A stretch of DNA of 62,052 nucleotides from Candidatus Woesearchaeota archaeon (GTDB lineage: Archaea > Nanobdellota > Nanobdellia > Pacearchaeales > GW2011-AR1), in assembly GCA_964372375.1 (NCBI GenBank), contig CAYJQF010000001.1, positions 1 through 62,052 of the forward strand, given 5' to 3'. Of the stretch, positions 53,414-62,052 are shown piece after piece. A program made the translations under genes and the position numbers. The notes below the pieces were generated by a model. The model was not told the DNA's origin and searched no databases. It worked only from the letters and a program-made list of their open reading frames with translations. Each line of letters starts with the position of its first letter. Position 1 is the first letter of the stretch.

Positions 53414-53953
53414 TTATAATAATTGGAATTGCGCTGCTTCTCTTTTCTGTAATTCAGCAAAATACGTTTGAGTATGTGCACGCACTTGTTTAAGCAAGCT
53501 CATATGATGTTGTGGAACGTCACCTACTTCATCATATAATCCGGTATGAAAACACATTCCACGGTAAGTTACCTTATGGTCTTCGTCCCTTTCTCCTTCA
53601 AATTTCAATTCAAGTGCGCCATTAACGACACTTTGTGCATAAAGATTTCCACGTACATCAACCAGTACTTCTTTTCTCGGCACTGGTTGTCCTTTGACTA
53701 CTTTATCAACAATGCCATATCCAATAGTTATCTGGTTAGAAACAGCAAGTTCAACACGGCAAGGAATCTCTTGTGCAAGATACGTCAAATAGGTTTCGAG
53801 CTCTTCTCCAGTAAAAGGTCGTGGAAAGGCTATGCTCTCCAATTCAGATAGAGAAGGTTCTTCTCTCCTTGGCAAAATGCTAGTGCCTTCATCTCCACTC
53901 ATGTACCTGCATCCAAGAGGTAGGTTATAAACTTTATGGTGTTTCATTGCCAA
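53414..53953 (-). CDS. hypothetical protein
   Basis: 179-aa ORF with native composition and no recognised family. Confidence 0.5.
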   Translation of the reverse strand: MAMKHHKVYNLPLGCRYMSGDEGTSILPRREEPSLSELESIAFPRPFTGEELETYLTYLAQEIPCRVELAVSNQITIGYGIVDKVVKGQPVPRKEVLVDVRGNLYAQSVVNGALELKFEGERDEDHKVTYRGMCFHTGLYDEVGDVPQHHMSLLKQVRAHTQTYFAELQKREAAQFQLL

Positions 53954-53986
53954 TAAGCATTAATACCTTTCTTTCTCTCAAAGAGT

Positions 53987-54349
53987 ATGGCTCGGAAGAG
54001 CAGAAGAGAAAAGCATCAAAGACAGCAGAAGAGTGAACAGCTAGCCTTGCTTGAAGAAACGCTTACTGACGCAATGCTTACCACCTTGCAAGCAGCAGAA
54101 CGGCACGGAAGGATTGAAGGAATGCTTGTTCTGGGAAGCCTGACTGCACTTGGAAGCGGATTATTCTATCTATCCAGTACACCAAATTTTGTAGACTATA
54201 GCTTTGCATTGGGCACTACCTTGTTAGGTGTAGCAGTAGGCATGTCGCAGGGAGCATCTACTGCACAGAGAGAAATAATACGAATAATGCAAAGAAAACA
54301 TCCTTCCTATGCTGCTGCACTAAGTGCCTATCAAAGTCAAAGAGACTAG
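53987..54349 (+). CDS. hypothetical membrane protein (2 TM)
   Basis: A basic N-terminus, then GMLVLGSLTALGSGLFYL and ALGTTLLGVAVGM. Confidence 0.5.
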   Translation: MARKSRREKHQRQQKSEQLALLEETLTDAMLTTLQAAERHGRIEGMLVLGSLTALGSGLFYLSSTPNFVDYSFALGTTLLGVAVGMSQGASTAQREIIRIMQRKHPSYAAALSAYQSQRD

Positions 54350-54354
54350 AAAAA

Positions 54355-55080
54355 TTACTTTACAAATTTTTTCAATTCATCGCCATGCAGGCGGATAAGC
54401 TTTTCATCCTTGCTGGTGATATATCCAACATCAAATCTGCTCAGATCAAAGTTCTTCTCAAGCAGTTCTTTGAATATCTTAAGTGCAAATCGAATGCCCT
54501 CTTCAATAGTCATGTCATCTTTGAAATCTTTTCGCAGCATTTCTTTGATTTTCTCATCATTTTCTCCAATAGCATTTGCTTTGTAGGCAAAATAATTACC
54601 AGTCACGTCTGACGTATACAAGTGGACCTTGCCTTTTGCCACGCCGGCAATTAAGAAGGCAACTCCATACGGTCGAGCACCTCCATACTGGGTGAACATC
54701 TGCTTTCTGTCAGCAATCATTCGGATAATTAAAATAGGGTCAACAGGACTATCGTATGTGACGCGGTGCTGCTGTGCTAATACCTGAGCCTGATCGATAA
54801 GGATGCGCGCATCGCTCAAAATGCCGGCAGAGCTTGCAATAATATGCTCATCAATCTCATAAATCTTGTTCATGCTTTCCGGAGCAACCAGTTTGTCACG
54901 GATTCTTCGGTCAGCGATAATAACCACGCCATCTTTGCATGCGAGGCCGATGCTCGAGCTGCCTAATCGTACGGTTTTCTCTGCATACTCAACCTGCAGC
55001 AAATGGCCGTCAGGCGAGAACATAGTTGCAGCTCGGTCATAGCCCATTGCCTGATGCTGCATTTCAGTCGGTATTTCCAT
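54355..55080 (-). CDS. psmA: proteasome alpha subunit
   Basis: YDRAATMFSPDGHLLQVEYA. Confidence 0.93.
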   Translation of the reverse strand: MEIPTEMQHQAMGYDRAATMFSPDGHLLQVEYAEKTVRLGSSSIGLACKDGVVIIADRRIRDKLVAPESMNKIYEIDEHIIASSAGILSDARILIDQAQVLAQQHRVTYDSPVDPILIIRMIADRKQMFTQYGGARPYGVAFLIAGVAKGKVHLYTSDVTGNYFAYKANAIGENDEKIKEMLRKDFKDDMTIEEGIRFALKIFKELLEKNFDLSRFDVGYITSKDEKLIRLHGDELKKFVK

Positions 55081-55151
55081 AGAAGTATTATCCTCTCCGG
55101 CTCTGAAAAATCAGCGCTATTTAAGCTTTATGATGCTTGCTCATTACCGAA

Positions 55152-55865
55152 ATGTATTTAATGACCTCTCTTGATGAAGACCATATGGGAGAAAAAGTGA
55201 CTGCGCGCGCTAAAGTAAAAGGTAAACACTATGAGATTCATGTTGACTTAGACGAAGCACTGAAAATAAAAGGAGGGAAGGGCGATATCATGGCTGCTCT
55301 TGACATGCCTAAAGTCTTCTCAGATATGAAGAAAGGGCAGCTTGCTGCGACTGCAGACCTCATGGATGCATTTGGCACTTCCGATGCATATGAAATTGCA
55401 AAGCAGATTATCTTGAAAGGAGAAGTACAAAAGACTCAGGAATTCAGAGATACTGAACGGGAGATGAAAATTAAACAAGTCATTGCATTAATCATTAAGA
55501 ATACAGTGGACCAGCATGGCAGACCGTATACTGAAGAGAGAATTAAGCGCGCCCTAGAAGAGGCTCATGTTTTTTTTGACAGCAAATCCGCTGAGCAGCA
55601 GCTTTCTGCCGCTGTTGAGAAGCTAAAAACAGTTATTCCTATCAAGCTTGAAACGAAGCGCATTAAACTGACTATTCCTGCTCAGTATACCGGGCAAGTC
55701 TATGGTATCGTGAAAGAATTCAAGGAAAGCGAAGAGTGGCTGGCAAACGGCTCTTTGCAAGCGGTAATTCAGATTCCCGCAGGCATGCAGCTTGATTTCT
55801 ATGAAAAGCTGAATCACATCACGCATGGAGCAGTTCATGCTGAAGAATTGCCAGAAAAAACGTAA
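55152..55865 (+). CDS. SBDS-family ribosome maturation protein
   Basis: VTARAKVKGKHYEIHVDLDEALKIK..; the start is uncertain (ATG 55152, 55160 or 55185; the ORF track gives TTG 55137). Confidence 0.85.
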   Translation: MYLMTSLDEDHMGEKVTARAKVKGKHYEIHVDLDEALKIKGGKGDIMAALDMPKVFSDMKKGQLAATADLMDAFGTSDAYEIAKQIILKGEVQKTQEFRDTEREMKIKQVIALIIKNTVDQHGRPYTEERIKRALEEAHVFFDSKSAEQQLSAAVEKLKTVIPIKLETKRIKLTIPAQYTGQVYGIVKEFKESEEWLANGSLQAVIQIPAGMQLDFYEKLNHITHGAVHAEELPEKT

Positions 55866-56007
55866 AGGCGAGTACTTTTGATCTTGCTGGATTTTCAAGA
55901 CCCTCAAGATAAGTGCAAACCGCAATCTTTTTAAACACCTTTCTTTCTTTAATATAAGATAACACGAACAGGAGAACTGTCACAATGTCTTGTTATGATA
56001 ATACGAT

Positions 56008-56751
56008 ATGCGAAAACAAGTAGAACAGGAAAAATCTAAAGAATCTGAACAAACAGGTATGCAGGATGCAACAAAATCTGCTGACGTAGTAAAGAAACGA
56101 AAGGCAGTAGTTCCCGGGGAAGTTATCATTTCAGGTGAAGATTATTTGCCCAGCGAAGGTACTCGCAGGCAGGGCAACGATGTGCTGGCAAGCAGGTTTG
56201 GATTAGCAGAAGAAGCAGGCCGCGTTATCAAAGTAATTCCGATTACGGGAGCATTTATTCCTCATCGGGGCAATTCAGTTGTTGGAAGAGTAACGAATAT
56301 CACTTTGAATGGATGGGTTGTTGACATTGACTGGGCATGTTCTGCTTTCTTGCCCATTGATGAATCTCCTCGCTTTATCAACAAGCACGAAATGGATCAA
56401 TTCCTGGCAATTGGTGATACGGTAGCAGCAAAAATCTGGTCAATCAATCAACGGGGCATCGACTTATCTCTGAATGGTCCAGGAGTAGGTAAGTTAGAAG
56501 GGGGATTTATCTTCAAAGTGAATTCAAACCGGGTGCCTCGAGTTATTGGCAGGGAAGGGAGCATGATCAACCTCATTAAAGAACATACGGGATGCCAAAT
56601 TACGGTCGGTCAAAACGGATGGATTTGGATTAAAGGCCAGAGTATTGACCATGAATTAAAGGCACGCAAGGCGATAGAACTCATTACCGAAAAACCCTAT
56701 GTTGAGGGCTTGACGGAAAAAATGGATGCCTGGTTCCAGGAGAATAGATAA
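56008..56751 (+). CDS. rrp4: exosome RNA-binding subunit Rrp4 (S1 + KH)
   Basis: VVPGEVI..GNSVVGRVTNITLNGWVVDI.. plus KH (VIGREGSMINLIK). Confidence 0.88.
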   Translation: MRKQVEQEKSKESEQTGMQDATKSADVVKKRKAVVPGEVIISGEDYLPSEGTRRQGNDVLASRFGLAEEAGRVIKVIPITGAFIPHRGNSVVGRVTNITLNGWVVDIDWACSAFLPIDESPRFINKHEMDQFLAIGDTVAAKIWSINQRGIDLSLNGPGVGKLEGGFIFKVNSNRVPRVIGREGSMINLIKEHTGCQITVGQNGWIWIKGQSIDHELKARKAIELITEKPYVEGLTEKMDAWFQENR

Positions 56752-57455
56752 TGGTAGCACATAAAAGACCCGATGGCAGGAAAGTAACGCAACTGAGACC
56801 AATGCTAGCAAAAGTGGGAGTGGTGCCGAATGCGGATGGTTCAGCCTTATTTGCCTTTGGCGATACAATTGCAATTGCAGCCGTTTATGGACCAAGGCTG
56901 TTGCATCCACAGCACATGCAAGACCCTGAGCAGGCAGTGTTGCGCGTGAATTATGATTTATTAAGCTTCTCAGTCTACGATCGTAAAAGACCAGGACCTT
57001 CTCGCCGTTCTCAGGAAATTTCCAAGATGACTGAGTACGCGTTATCTCCTGTGTTAGATTTGAAAGATTTTCCTAATACGGTTATCGATGTGCAGATTTA
57101 TATCATTCAAGCAGATGCAGGCACACGCACAGCAGGCATTAATGCTGCTTCTATGGCTTTGGCGCATGCAGGCATTCCTATGAAGAATCTCGTTTGTTCT
57201 GTAGCGATAGGCAAGCAAGATCAAACTCTCGTTGTTGATTTAACGAAAGAGGAAGAAGATTTCAAGGAAGGAGAAGGCGCAACCGACTTTCCTCTCGCGA
57301 AAGTGGCTGGCTCTGATGAGTACACCTTAGTGCAGTTAGATGGCCACATTGACCCCGCTCTCGTGCCTGAGGTGCTTAAGCTCGCTGATGCATCATGTGA
57401 TGAAATCTATGAAGTGCAGAAGAAGGCGCTGAAAGAGGTGGTTAGCAATGAGTAG
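56751..57455 (+). CDS. rrp41: exosome RNase PH subunit Rrp41
   Basis: RPDGRKVTQLRP..ADGSALFAFGDTIAIAAVYGPR. Confidence 0.9.
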   Translation: MVAHKRPDGRKVTQLRPMLAKVGVVPNADGSALFAFGDTIAIAAVYGPRLLHPQHMQDPEQAVLRVNYDLLSFSVYDRKRPGPSRRSQEISKMTEYALSPVLDLKDFPNTVIDVQIYIIQADAGTRTAGINAASMALAHAGIPMKNLVCSVAIGKQDQTLVVDLTKEEEDFKEGEGATDFPLAKVAGSDEYTLVQLDGHIDPALVPEVLKLADASCDEIYEVQKKALKEVVSNE

Positions 57456-58260
57456 CATGGAAGTAGCAGCAAATACGCTTGAGATGTTCAAGAAATGTTT
57501 TACTGCAGGCAAGCGCATCGATGGGCGAGGTCTCGAACAATACCGGGACATAACCTTAGAGTATGACATTTCAAAAGCGGCAGAAGGCTCGGTGCGGGTT
57601 CGTTTAGGAAAGACGGAAGTATTGGTAGGAATAAAATTAACTTTGGACAAACCATATCCAGACTCACTTGATAAAGGCAACTTGATGGTGTCTGGCGATT
57701 TGCTGCCTCTGGCCTCTCCTCGCTTTGAAGCCGGACCGCCTAAATTTGACGCTATTGAGTTACCACGGCTGGTCGATCGGGCTATTCGGGAATCTCATGT
57801 TATTGCATTCGATAAGCTAGTAGTGAAGCCAGGTGAAAAAGTCTGGACAGTTATTATTGATGTCTATCCCATTAATGACGATGGCAATTTAGTTGATGCA
57901 AGCATTATCGGTGCTATCGCTGCCCTTAGAACAGCAGTACTTCCCGGTATTGATGAAGCAGGTAACGTTGATTACAAGCACCGCACCAAGCAGAAACTAC
58001 CGCTTACCGATGCTATTCCTCTCGGGATTACCGCGTACAAGCTTGGTTCAGTTATCTTTTTCGATCCAGTGCGTGAAGAAGAAGAAGCTGCCGAGGTGAA
58101 AATAAACTTTGGTATTACCAAAGCAGGCAAAAAATATGCAATGCATAGCTGCCAGAAGACCGGCGCTACACCGCTTACCAAGAAAGAGTTAGAATATCTA
58201 AGTACACTCATACCTAAAAAATATGACGAGTTGAGAGAAAAGCTTAAAAAGTTTTTATAA
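57448..58260 (+). CDS. rrp42: exosome subunit Rrp42
   Basis: GKRIDGRGLEQYRDITLEY..AEGSVRVRLGKTEVL. Confidence 0.9.
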   Translation: MSSMEVAANTLEMFKKCFTAGKRIDGRGLEQYRDITLEYDISKAAEGSVRVRLGKTEVLVGIKLTLDKPYPDSLDKGNLMVSGDLLPLASPRFEAGPPKFDAIELPRLVDRAIRESHVIAFDKLVVKPGEKVWTVIIDVYPINDDGNLVDASIIGAIAALRTAVLPGIDEAGNVDYKHRTKQKLPLTDAIPLGITAYKLGSVIFFDPVREEEEAAEVKINFGITKAGKKYAMHSCQKTGATPLTKKELEYLSTLIPKKYDELREKLKKFL

Positions 58261-58271
58261 ACTATAGCATC

Positions 58272-58643
58272 ATGAACGAACAATTTACTAAATATGAGAC
58301 TGCACGCATTATCGGAGCGCGTGCACTGCAGATAGCAATGGATGCTCCCATGCTCATTAAGATTTCTAATGAAGAGTTGAAGGCAATGCGTTACGATCCT
58401 TTAAAGATTGCTGAGCATGAGTTCATTGCAGGCGCACTGCCTATTTCTATACACCGACCGTTTCCGAAGCGCCATAAAGACAAGCTTACTGCAATCAAGG
58501 AAGAGCAGATTTCTGACGAGGAACTAGCTGCCAAAGAACAAGAAGTTGAGAAGGAGATTGTTGAAGATGCACACGAGCTTGGCTTGGTAGAGAGTGATGA
58601 GACAGAGGCAGAAATAGAAGCATCAGGAACAGAAGAGCAGTAA
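58272..58643 (+). CDS. rpoK: RNA polymerase subunit Rpo6/RpoK with acidic C-terminal extension
   Basis: FTKYETARIIGARALQIAMDAP; the last 50 aa or so are strongly acidic. Confidence 0.85.
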   Translation: MNEQFTKYETARIIGARALQIAMDAPMLIKISNEELKAMRYDPLKIAEHEFIAGALPISIHRPFPKRHKDKLTAIKEEQISDEELAAKEQEVEKEIVEDAHELGLVESDETEAEIEASGTEEQ

Positions 58644-58682
58644 ACACGAAAGCATTATAAATCTCTCCGCCTCTGGTAACGT

Positions 58683-60146
58683 ATGAAGAAAGGTATTCTC
58701 TGTTTTTTGCTGGTTGCTCTGGTAGTTGCTCTCGTGCCCGGCATACATGCCCAAGCAAATCAAAATGAGTGCCGGTCATTCATATTTGCTTCGCCAGAAA
58801 AAGCAACTGCCAGCGACATTTTAGGCAATTATAAGCCGAGACTCGCCCTTGATAACGATGTGAATACACACTGGTTTGGTGATCCTCGTGCACCGTTCCC
58901 GAAACAGTTTATTGCAGACCTTGGCACAGAAAGGTGTATCAACGCAACTGAACTTACTCTTTTCGTATGGGATGTTCCTGCACTGATTACCTTGGAAGCG
59001 TCTGAAGATGGCGTTACTTGGTATGCCCTGGTTAATGAAACAGAGATTGTTACAGGAGGTGTCTCTCAACTTCTAACGTTTGATCAAACAGTCGGCAGGT
59101 TTATCCGAGTTTCAGAGGTAAGCACCGCTCGTCAGTATGGTTCACTCTCTGAACTACGAGTGCAAAGTGCAGCAAAGGTTCCAAGCAATGCCACTCAGAC
59201 TCTCCTCTTTGAAGTTGTTGATGCGCAAACTCATATGCGATTGACAAACGTTTCATACTCATTGCATGCGCATAACGAACTTCTCGAAGAAGGTATGACT
59301 TCTCAGACAAGCAAAGTTTCATTTACCAAATTAAGTACTGAAGATCATGAACTTACAGTACGTTGTCCGGTTGAAGTCCAAGTACAGTCGAGTGTGCTCG
59401 GTTTCTTAGCGCGCTTATTCTCAGCTCTTACGCTTTTCTCGGATAAGGCGCGCATCAGCGGGTATCAAACAGGCTATTCTCAAACACAAGGGCAAACTAT
59501 CGTACCATCAGGGGCAGGATGCGGCACGTTCTCTTTGCGTTCTCCTCAAAATGCAATAGCTTCCAGTATATTCGAAGATTTTATTGCAAAACGCAGTATT
59601 GATAATAATCCTGAAACAGCATGGTATGGTGATCCGCAGGATGCATATCCGAAATGGGTGTATGGTGATTTAGGTGAAAGCAATTGTGTGAATGCGGTCC
59701 AGCTGCAACTAGCGAGACTTGATGTACCCATGTACCTGAACATTGAAGTTTCTGAGGATGAGGGTACGTGGACACCCGTTGTTTCTCAGGCAGTAGTAAT
59801 CGATGGCGCTGTTCCGGTGAGGTTTGATTTTAATACTACCAGAGCACGGTATGTGCGTGTGTATGAAACAGCCGGAGAACGAACCTACGGAGGGCTTGCG
59901 GAGCTTAAGGTAAACACTGCTTCACTCATTCAAGGACAGTCCGCTCAGCTCTCACAGCATCCAGCCCTCATTCTTCATGCAGAAAGCAGTACGGGAAGAC
60001 CTTTGAAGAGTGTTCGTGCCCTGTTAACTGTTACAGGAGAAGATGCGCGCAGCCTGCGTACCGATGCTTCAGGGAATCTGGTATTTACCCACGCACTTGC
60101 TTCAGATGCCCAGGTAAAAGTGTATTGCCCGAGCAACAACATTTAA
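58683..60146 (+). CDS. secreted protein with two F5/8 type C (discoidin)-like domains
   Basis: Signal peptide LLVALVVALVPGIHA. Two modules, LDNDVNTHWFGDPRAPFPKQFIADLG..FIRVSEV..SLSELRV and IDNNPETAWYGDPQDAYPKWVYGDLG..YVRVYET..GLAELKV. Each is followed by a small beta-domain ending in V(R/Y)CP. Confidence 0.65.
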   Translation: MKKGILCFLLVALVVALVPGIHAQANQNECRSFIFASPEKATASDILGNYKPRLALDNDVNTHWFGDPRAPFPKQFIADLGTERCINATELTLFVWDVPALITLEASEDGVTWYALVNETEIVTGGVSQLLTFDQTVGRFIRVSEVSTARQYGSLSELRVQSAAKVPSNATQTLLFEVVDAQTHMRLTNVSYSLHAHNELLEEGMTSQTSKVSFTKLSTEDHELTVRCPVEVQVQSSVLGFLARLFSALTLFSDKARISGYQTGYSQTQGQTIVPSGAGCGTFSLRSPQNAIASSIFEDFIAKRSIDNNPETAWYGDPQDAYPKWVYGDLGESNCVNAVQLQLARLDVPMYLNIEVSEDEGTWTPVVSQAVVIDGAVPVRFDFNTTRARYVRVYETAGERTYGGLAELKVNTASLIQGQSAQLSQHPALILHAESSTGRPLKSVRALLTVTGEDARSLRTDASGNLVFTHALASDAQVKVYCPSNNI

Positions 60147-60233
60147 AAAGCTCATTCTTTATGCAAGTATCAGATAGCAGGTACCAGCTGCAATAACCCT
60201 GGAAACACCCCTGCGCTCTTTATATACTCTTTT

Positions 60234-61043
60234 ATGGCAAAAACAAAGAAGACAGAAGTATCTGAATCTGTAGAAGAAAAAGAACAGGACGTAAAGACGA
60301 ATAAGATAGTAGACACTGAGGAAGAAAGGAAAGCAAAATTTGCTAAACTACTGGAGAAGGCAAAACAGCTCGAGAAAAGCGTTACTGAAGCAAAGCCCAT
60401 AGACCTCAAGAAAAAAGTCAAGCAGGAAGAAGACAAGAAAGAAGATACCTTAGTTCCCATGGAAGATTATCTAAAGTCCTCAATTCATTTAGGAACCAGA
60501 GTTATTACACCTGATATGCGTTCGTATGTCTACCGCAGACGGGCAGACGGGCTTGCTGTATTTAATACAGCTTTGCTTGATGATAAAGTACGGGAAGGCG
60601 CCGCCTATCTTGCCCAATTTTCGCCTGATCAGTTTATAATTGTCTGCAAGCGAGAAGCAGGCTGGAAAGCAGTCAAAAAATTTGCTGAAACTATCGGTGT
60701 TCGCTCGTTTACGAAGAAATATCCCTCAGGCATTTTAACTAATACGCAGCTATCCAATTTCTTTGAAACTGACATGGTTTTCATCTGTGATCCTTGGCTC
60801 GATAAAAATGCCTTGGAAGATGCAAACAGAATTAACATTCCTGTTCTGTCTGTGTGCGACACCAATAACTTTACCCGCGGGATAGCTAAGATCATTCCCG
60901 GCAATAATAAATCTGCAAAATCGCTTGGCATGATATTCTATCTCTTGACCAAATTGTATGTGGAAGCCCGTGGCCTTAACGTGCAGGTGCCTGACATCAA
61001 GGAATTTGTCGAAGACTGGGATATGCTGGTGCCGCCGAAATAA
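60234..61043 (+). CDS. rps2: 30S ribosomal protein uS2 with an N-terminal K/E-rich extension of about 70 aa
   Basis: The core runs from LVPMEDYLKSSIHLGTRVITPDMRSYVYRRRADGLAVFN. Confidence 0.9.
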   Translation: MAKTKKTEVSESVEEKEQDVKTNKIVDTEEERKAKFAKLLEKAKQLEKSVTEAKPIDLKKKVKQEEDKKEDTLVPMEDYLKSSIHLGTRVITPDMRSYVYRRRADGLAVFNTALLDDKVREGAAYLAQFSPDQFIIVCKREAGWKAVKKFAETIGVRSFTKKYPSGILTNTQLSNFFETDMVFICDPWLDKNALEDANRINIPVLSVCDTNNFTRGIAKIIPGNNKSAKSLGMIFYLLTKLYVEARGLNVQVPDIKEFVEDWDMLVPPK

Positions 61044-61099
61044 TCCGTTTCTATCCTTAAATAGTAATCCATGTTTTTATAGTTTAATTGTATTTTTAT

Positions 61100-61195
61100 A
61101 TGATGAAATTTGAAGGCAATAAAATAATTTCAGAAAAAGTAATAAACAGGCTGGACAGGTTTGTTATAGATTTTATAAATGAATTAAGTATTTAA
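61100..61195 (+). CDS. 31-codon ORF, possibly a gene fragment
   Basis: MMKFEGNKIISEKVINRLDRFVIDFINELSI*, in the AT-rich terminal segment. Very uncertain. Confidence 0.15.
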   Translation: MMKFEGNKIISEKVINRLDRFVIDFINELSI

Positions 61196-61253
61196 ACCTT
61201 TCGGTTAGTAACATAGTAAAACTTATATACTAAAGAGGATATAACTATTCAAT

Positions 61254-61406
61254 ATGGGAAAGATTAAATTAGAAGGCTATGTTTGCGAGCGTTGCAGTCA
61301 TAAATGGGTTCCTCGAGAAACAACAACAGAAGAGCCGAAAGTCTGCCCTAAGTGCAAAAGCCCTTATTGGAATACGCCGAGAAAAAGTAAGGTTAAGAAG
61401 GGATAA
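61254..61406 (+). CDS. zinc-ribbon miniprotein (50 aa)
   Basis: MGKIKLEGYVCERCSHKWVPRETTTEEPKVCPKCKSPYWNTPRKSKVKKG has CxxC..CxxC followed by the SPYWN.PR motif common in small archaeal Zn-ribbon proteins. It is below the ORF-track cutoff. Confidence 0.6.
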   Translation: MGKIKLEGYVCERCSHKWVPRETTTEEPKVCPKCKSPYWNTPRKSKVKKG

Positions 61407-61439
61407 GGTGGTCGTTAAAAAAATTAAGGTGATTAACTA

Positions 61440-62052
61440 ATGATAAACAAAAGAGGCTTGACTTCAAAAGAGACTGCAGAAAAATTAACAGATTATGGAT
61501 ATAATGAAATAAAAGAGCTTCTTCGCATATCACCATTTCAGATTCTTTTAAGGCAAATAAAGAAGAATTTTATAGTATATTTATTACTTGTTGCAGTCTT
61601 ATTGTCCTTTATTGTAGGCAAAACAATAACTGCATATACAATTTTAGGGGTTATTGTTATTGTAATCGCTGTTGGATTTTTTCAGGAATATAAGGCAGAA
61701 AGAGCAATTAAGGCATTAAAACAGATACTTGTTCCTATTTCTATTGTCATAAGGGATGGAAAAGAAGTAGAAGTTTCTTCAAAAGAAATAGTGCCTGATG
61801 ATGTGGTTGTCTTGAGAACAGGAGAAAAGGTTCCAGCTGATTGCCTTGTTTTAGAAGAAAAAGAATTGCAAGTAGACGAGTCAATATTGACTGGAGAATC
61901 TCAAGCAGTAAGAAAGTTTGCAGCAAAAAATGAGAAAAACTATGATAAGAAAAATTTAGTTTATATGGGCACCTATGTTATTAGCGGAAGATGTATCGCT
62001 AAAGTTTTACACACTGGTATGAATACAGAATTTGGCAAAATCGCAGGGATGA
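61440..62052 (+). CDS. cation-transporting P-type ATPase, N-terminal part (continues past the right edge)
   Basis: The ATG at 61440 follows AAGGTGAT. GLTSKETAEKLTDYGYNEI is the cation-ATPase N-terminal motif; two TMs follow, then the actuator-domain motif DESILTGES. There is no stop in the window. Confidence 0.85.
   Translation, partial: MINKRGLTSKETAEKLTDYGYNEIKELLRISPFQILLRQIKKNFIVYLLLVAVLLSFIVGKTITAYTILGVIVIVIAVGFFQEYKAERAIKALKQILVPISIVIRDGKEVEVSSKEIVPDDVVVLRTGEKVPADCLVLEEKELQVDESILTGESQAVRKFAAKNEKNYDKKNLVYMGTYVISGRCIAKVLHTGMNTEFGKIAGM

Overview
This is an archaeal chromosome segment. It carries archaeal/eukaryal-type information genes (PCNA, PriS primase, exosome Rrp4/41/42, proteasome alpha and beta, aCPSF1, SUI1, r-proteins L32e/L19e/S4e). 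TATA-like boxes sit about 25 nt upstream of most start codons, as expected for leaderless transcripts. No metabolic genes sit in the usual operon slots (no adk after secY, no eno before rps2), and many surface proteins are present. Together this suggests a small-genome, DPANN-like archaeon from a metagenome (inference only). Layout: (1) 1-15.9 kb holds a secreted-protein fragment, an FKBP remnant, tRNA-Thr, ArgRS, SRP RNA, two pilin-like genes, Mre11-Rad50, proteasome beta, aCPSF1, a presenilin-like protease, TrmB, the CCA enzyme and a GTPase/Zn-ribbon trio. (2) 15.9-29.1 kb is a long minus-strand surface locus: two giant surface proteins (one with a poly-glycine domain), minor pilins, a split FlaJ/TadBC-like platform, a FlaI-like ATPase, three major-pilin-like genes and, divergently embedded, an Arm/Rmt (FmrO)-like 16S rRNA methyltransferase homolog. 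(3) 29.1-36 kb holds VKOR-TrxR, YbaK, a membrane-anchored SNase-lamin-tail nuclease, a second lamin-tail protein and two Cys-rich anchored surface proteins. (4) 36-38.5 kb holds divergent primase and PCNA genes. (5) 38.7-52.7 kb is the complete r-protein superoperon (rpl3 to rpl15), secY and a DUF106-like gene, interrupted at three normally invariant junctions by AT-richer, acidic, translationally coupled ORFs of unknown family. (6) 52.8-61 kb holds three hypotheticals, proteasome alpha, SBDS, the exosome genes, RpoK, a twin-discoidin secreted protein and rps2. (7) From about 61.05 kb the composition drops abruptly to about 33 % GC, with a Zn-ribbon miniprotein and the start of a P-type ATPase. 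The best candidates for something undescribed are the three cargo ORFs inside the ribosomal operon (one carries a 22-nt out-of-frame direct repeat) and the pilus plus giant glycine-rich adhesin locus with its embedded methyltransferase. No CRISPR array, rRNA, transposase, integrase or reverse transcriptase was seen. All family calls come from reading the translations by eye and need HMM or structure confirmation.
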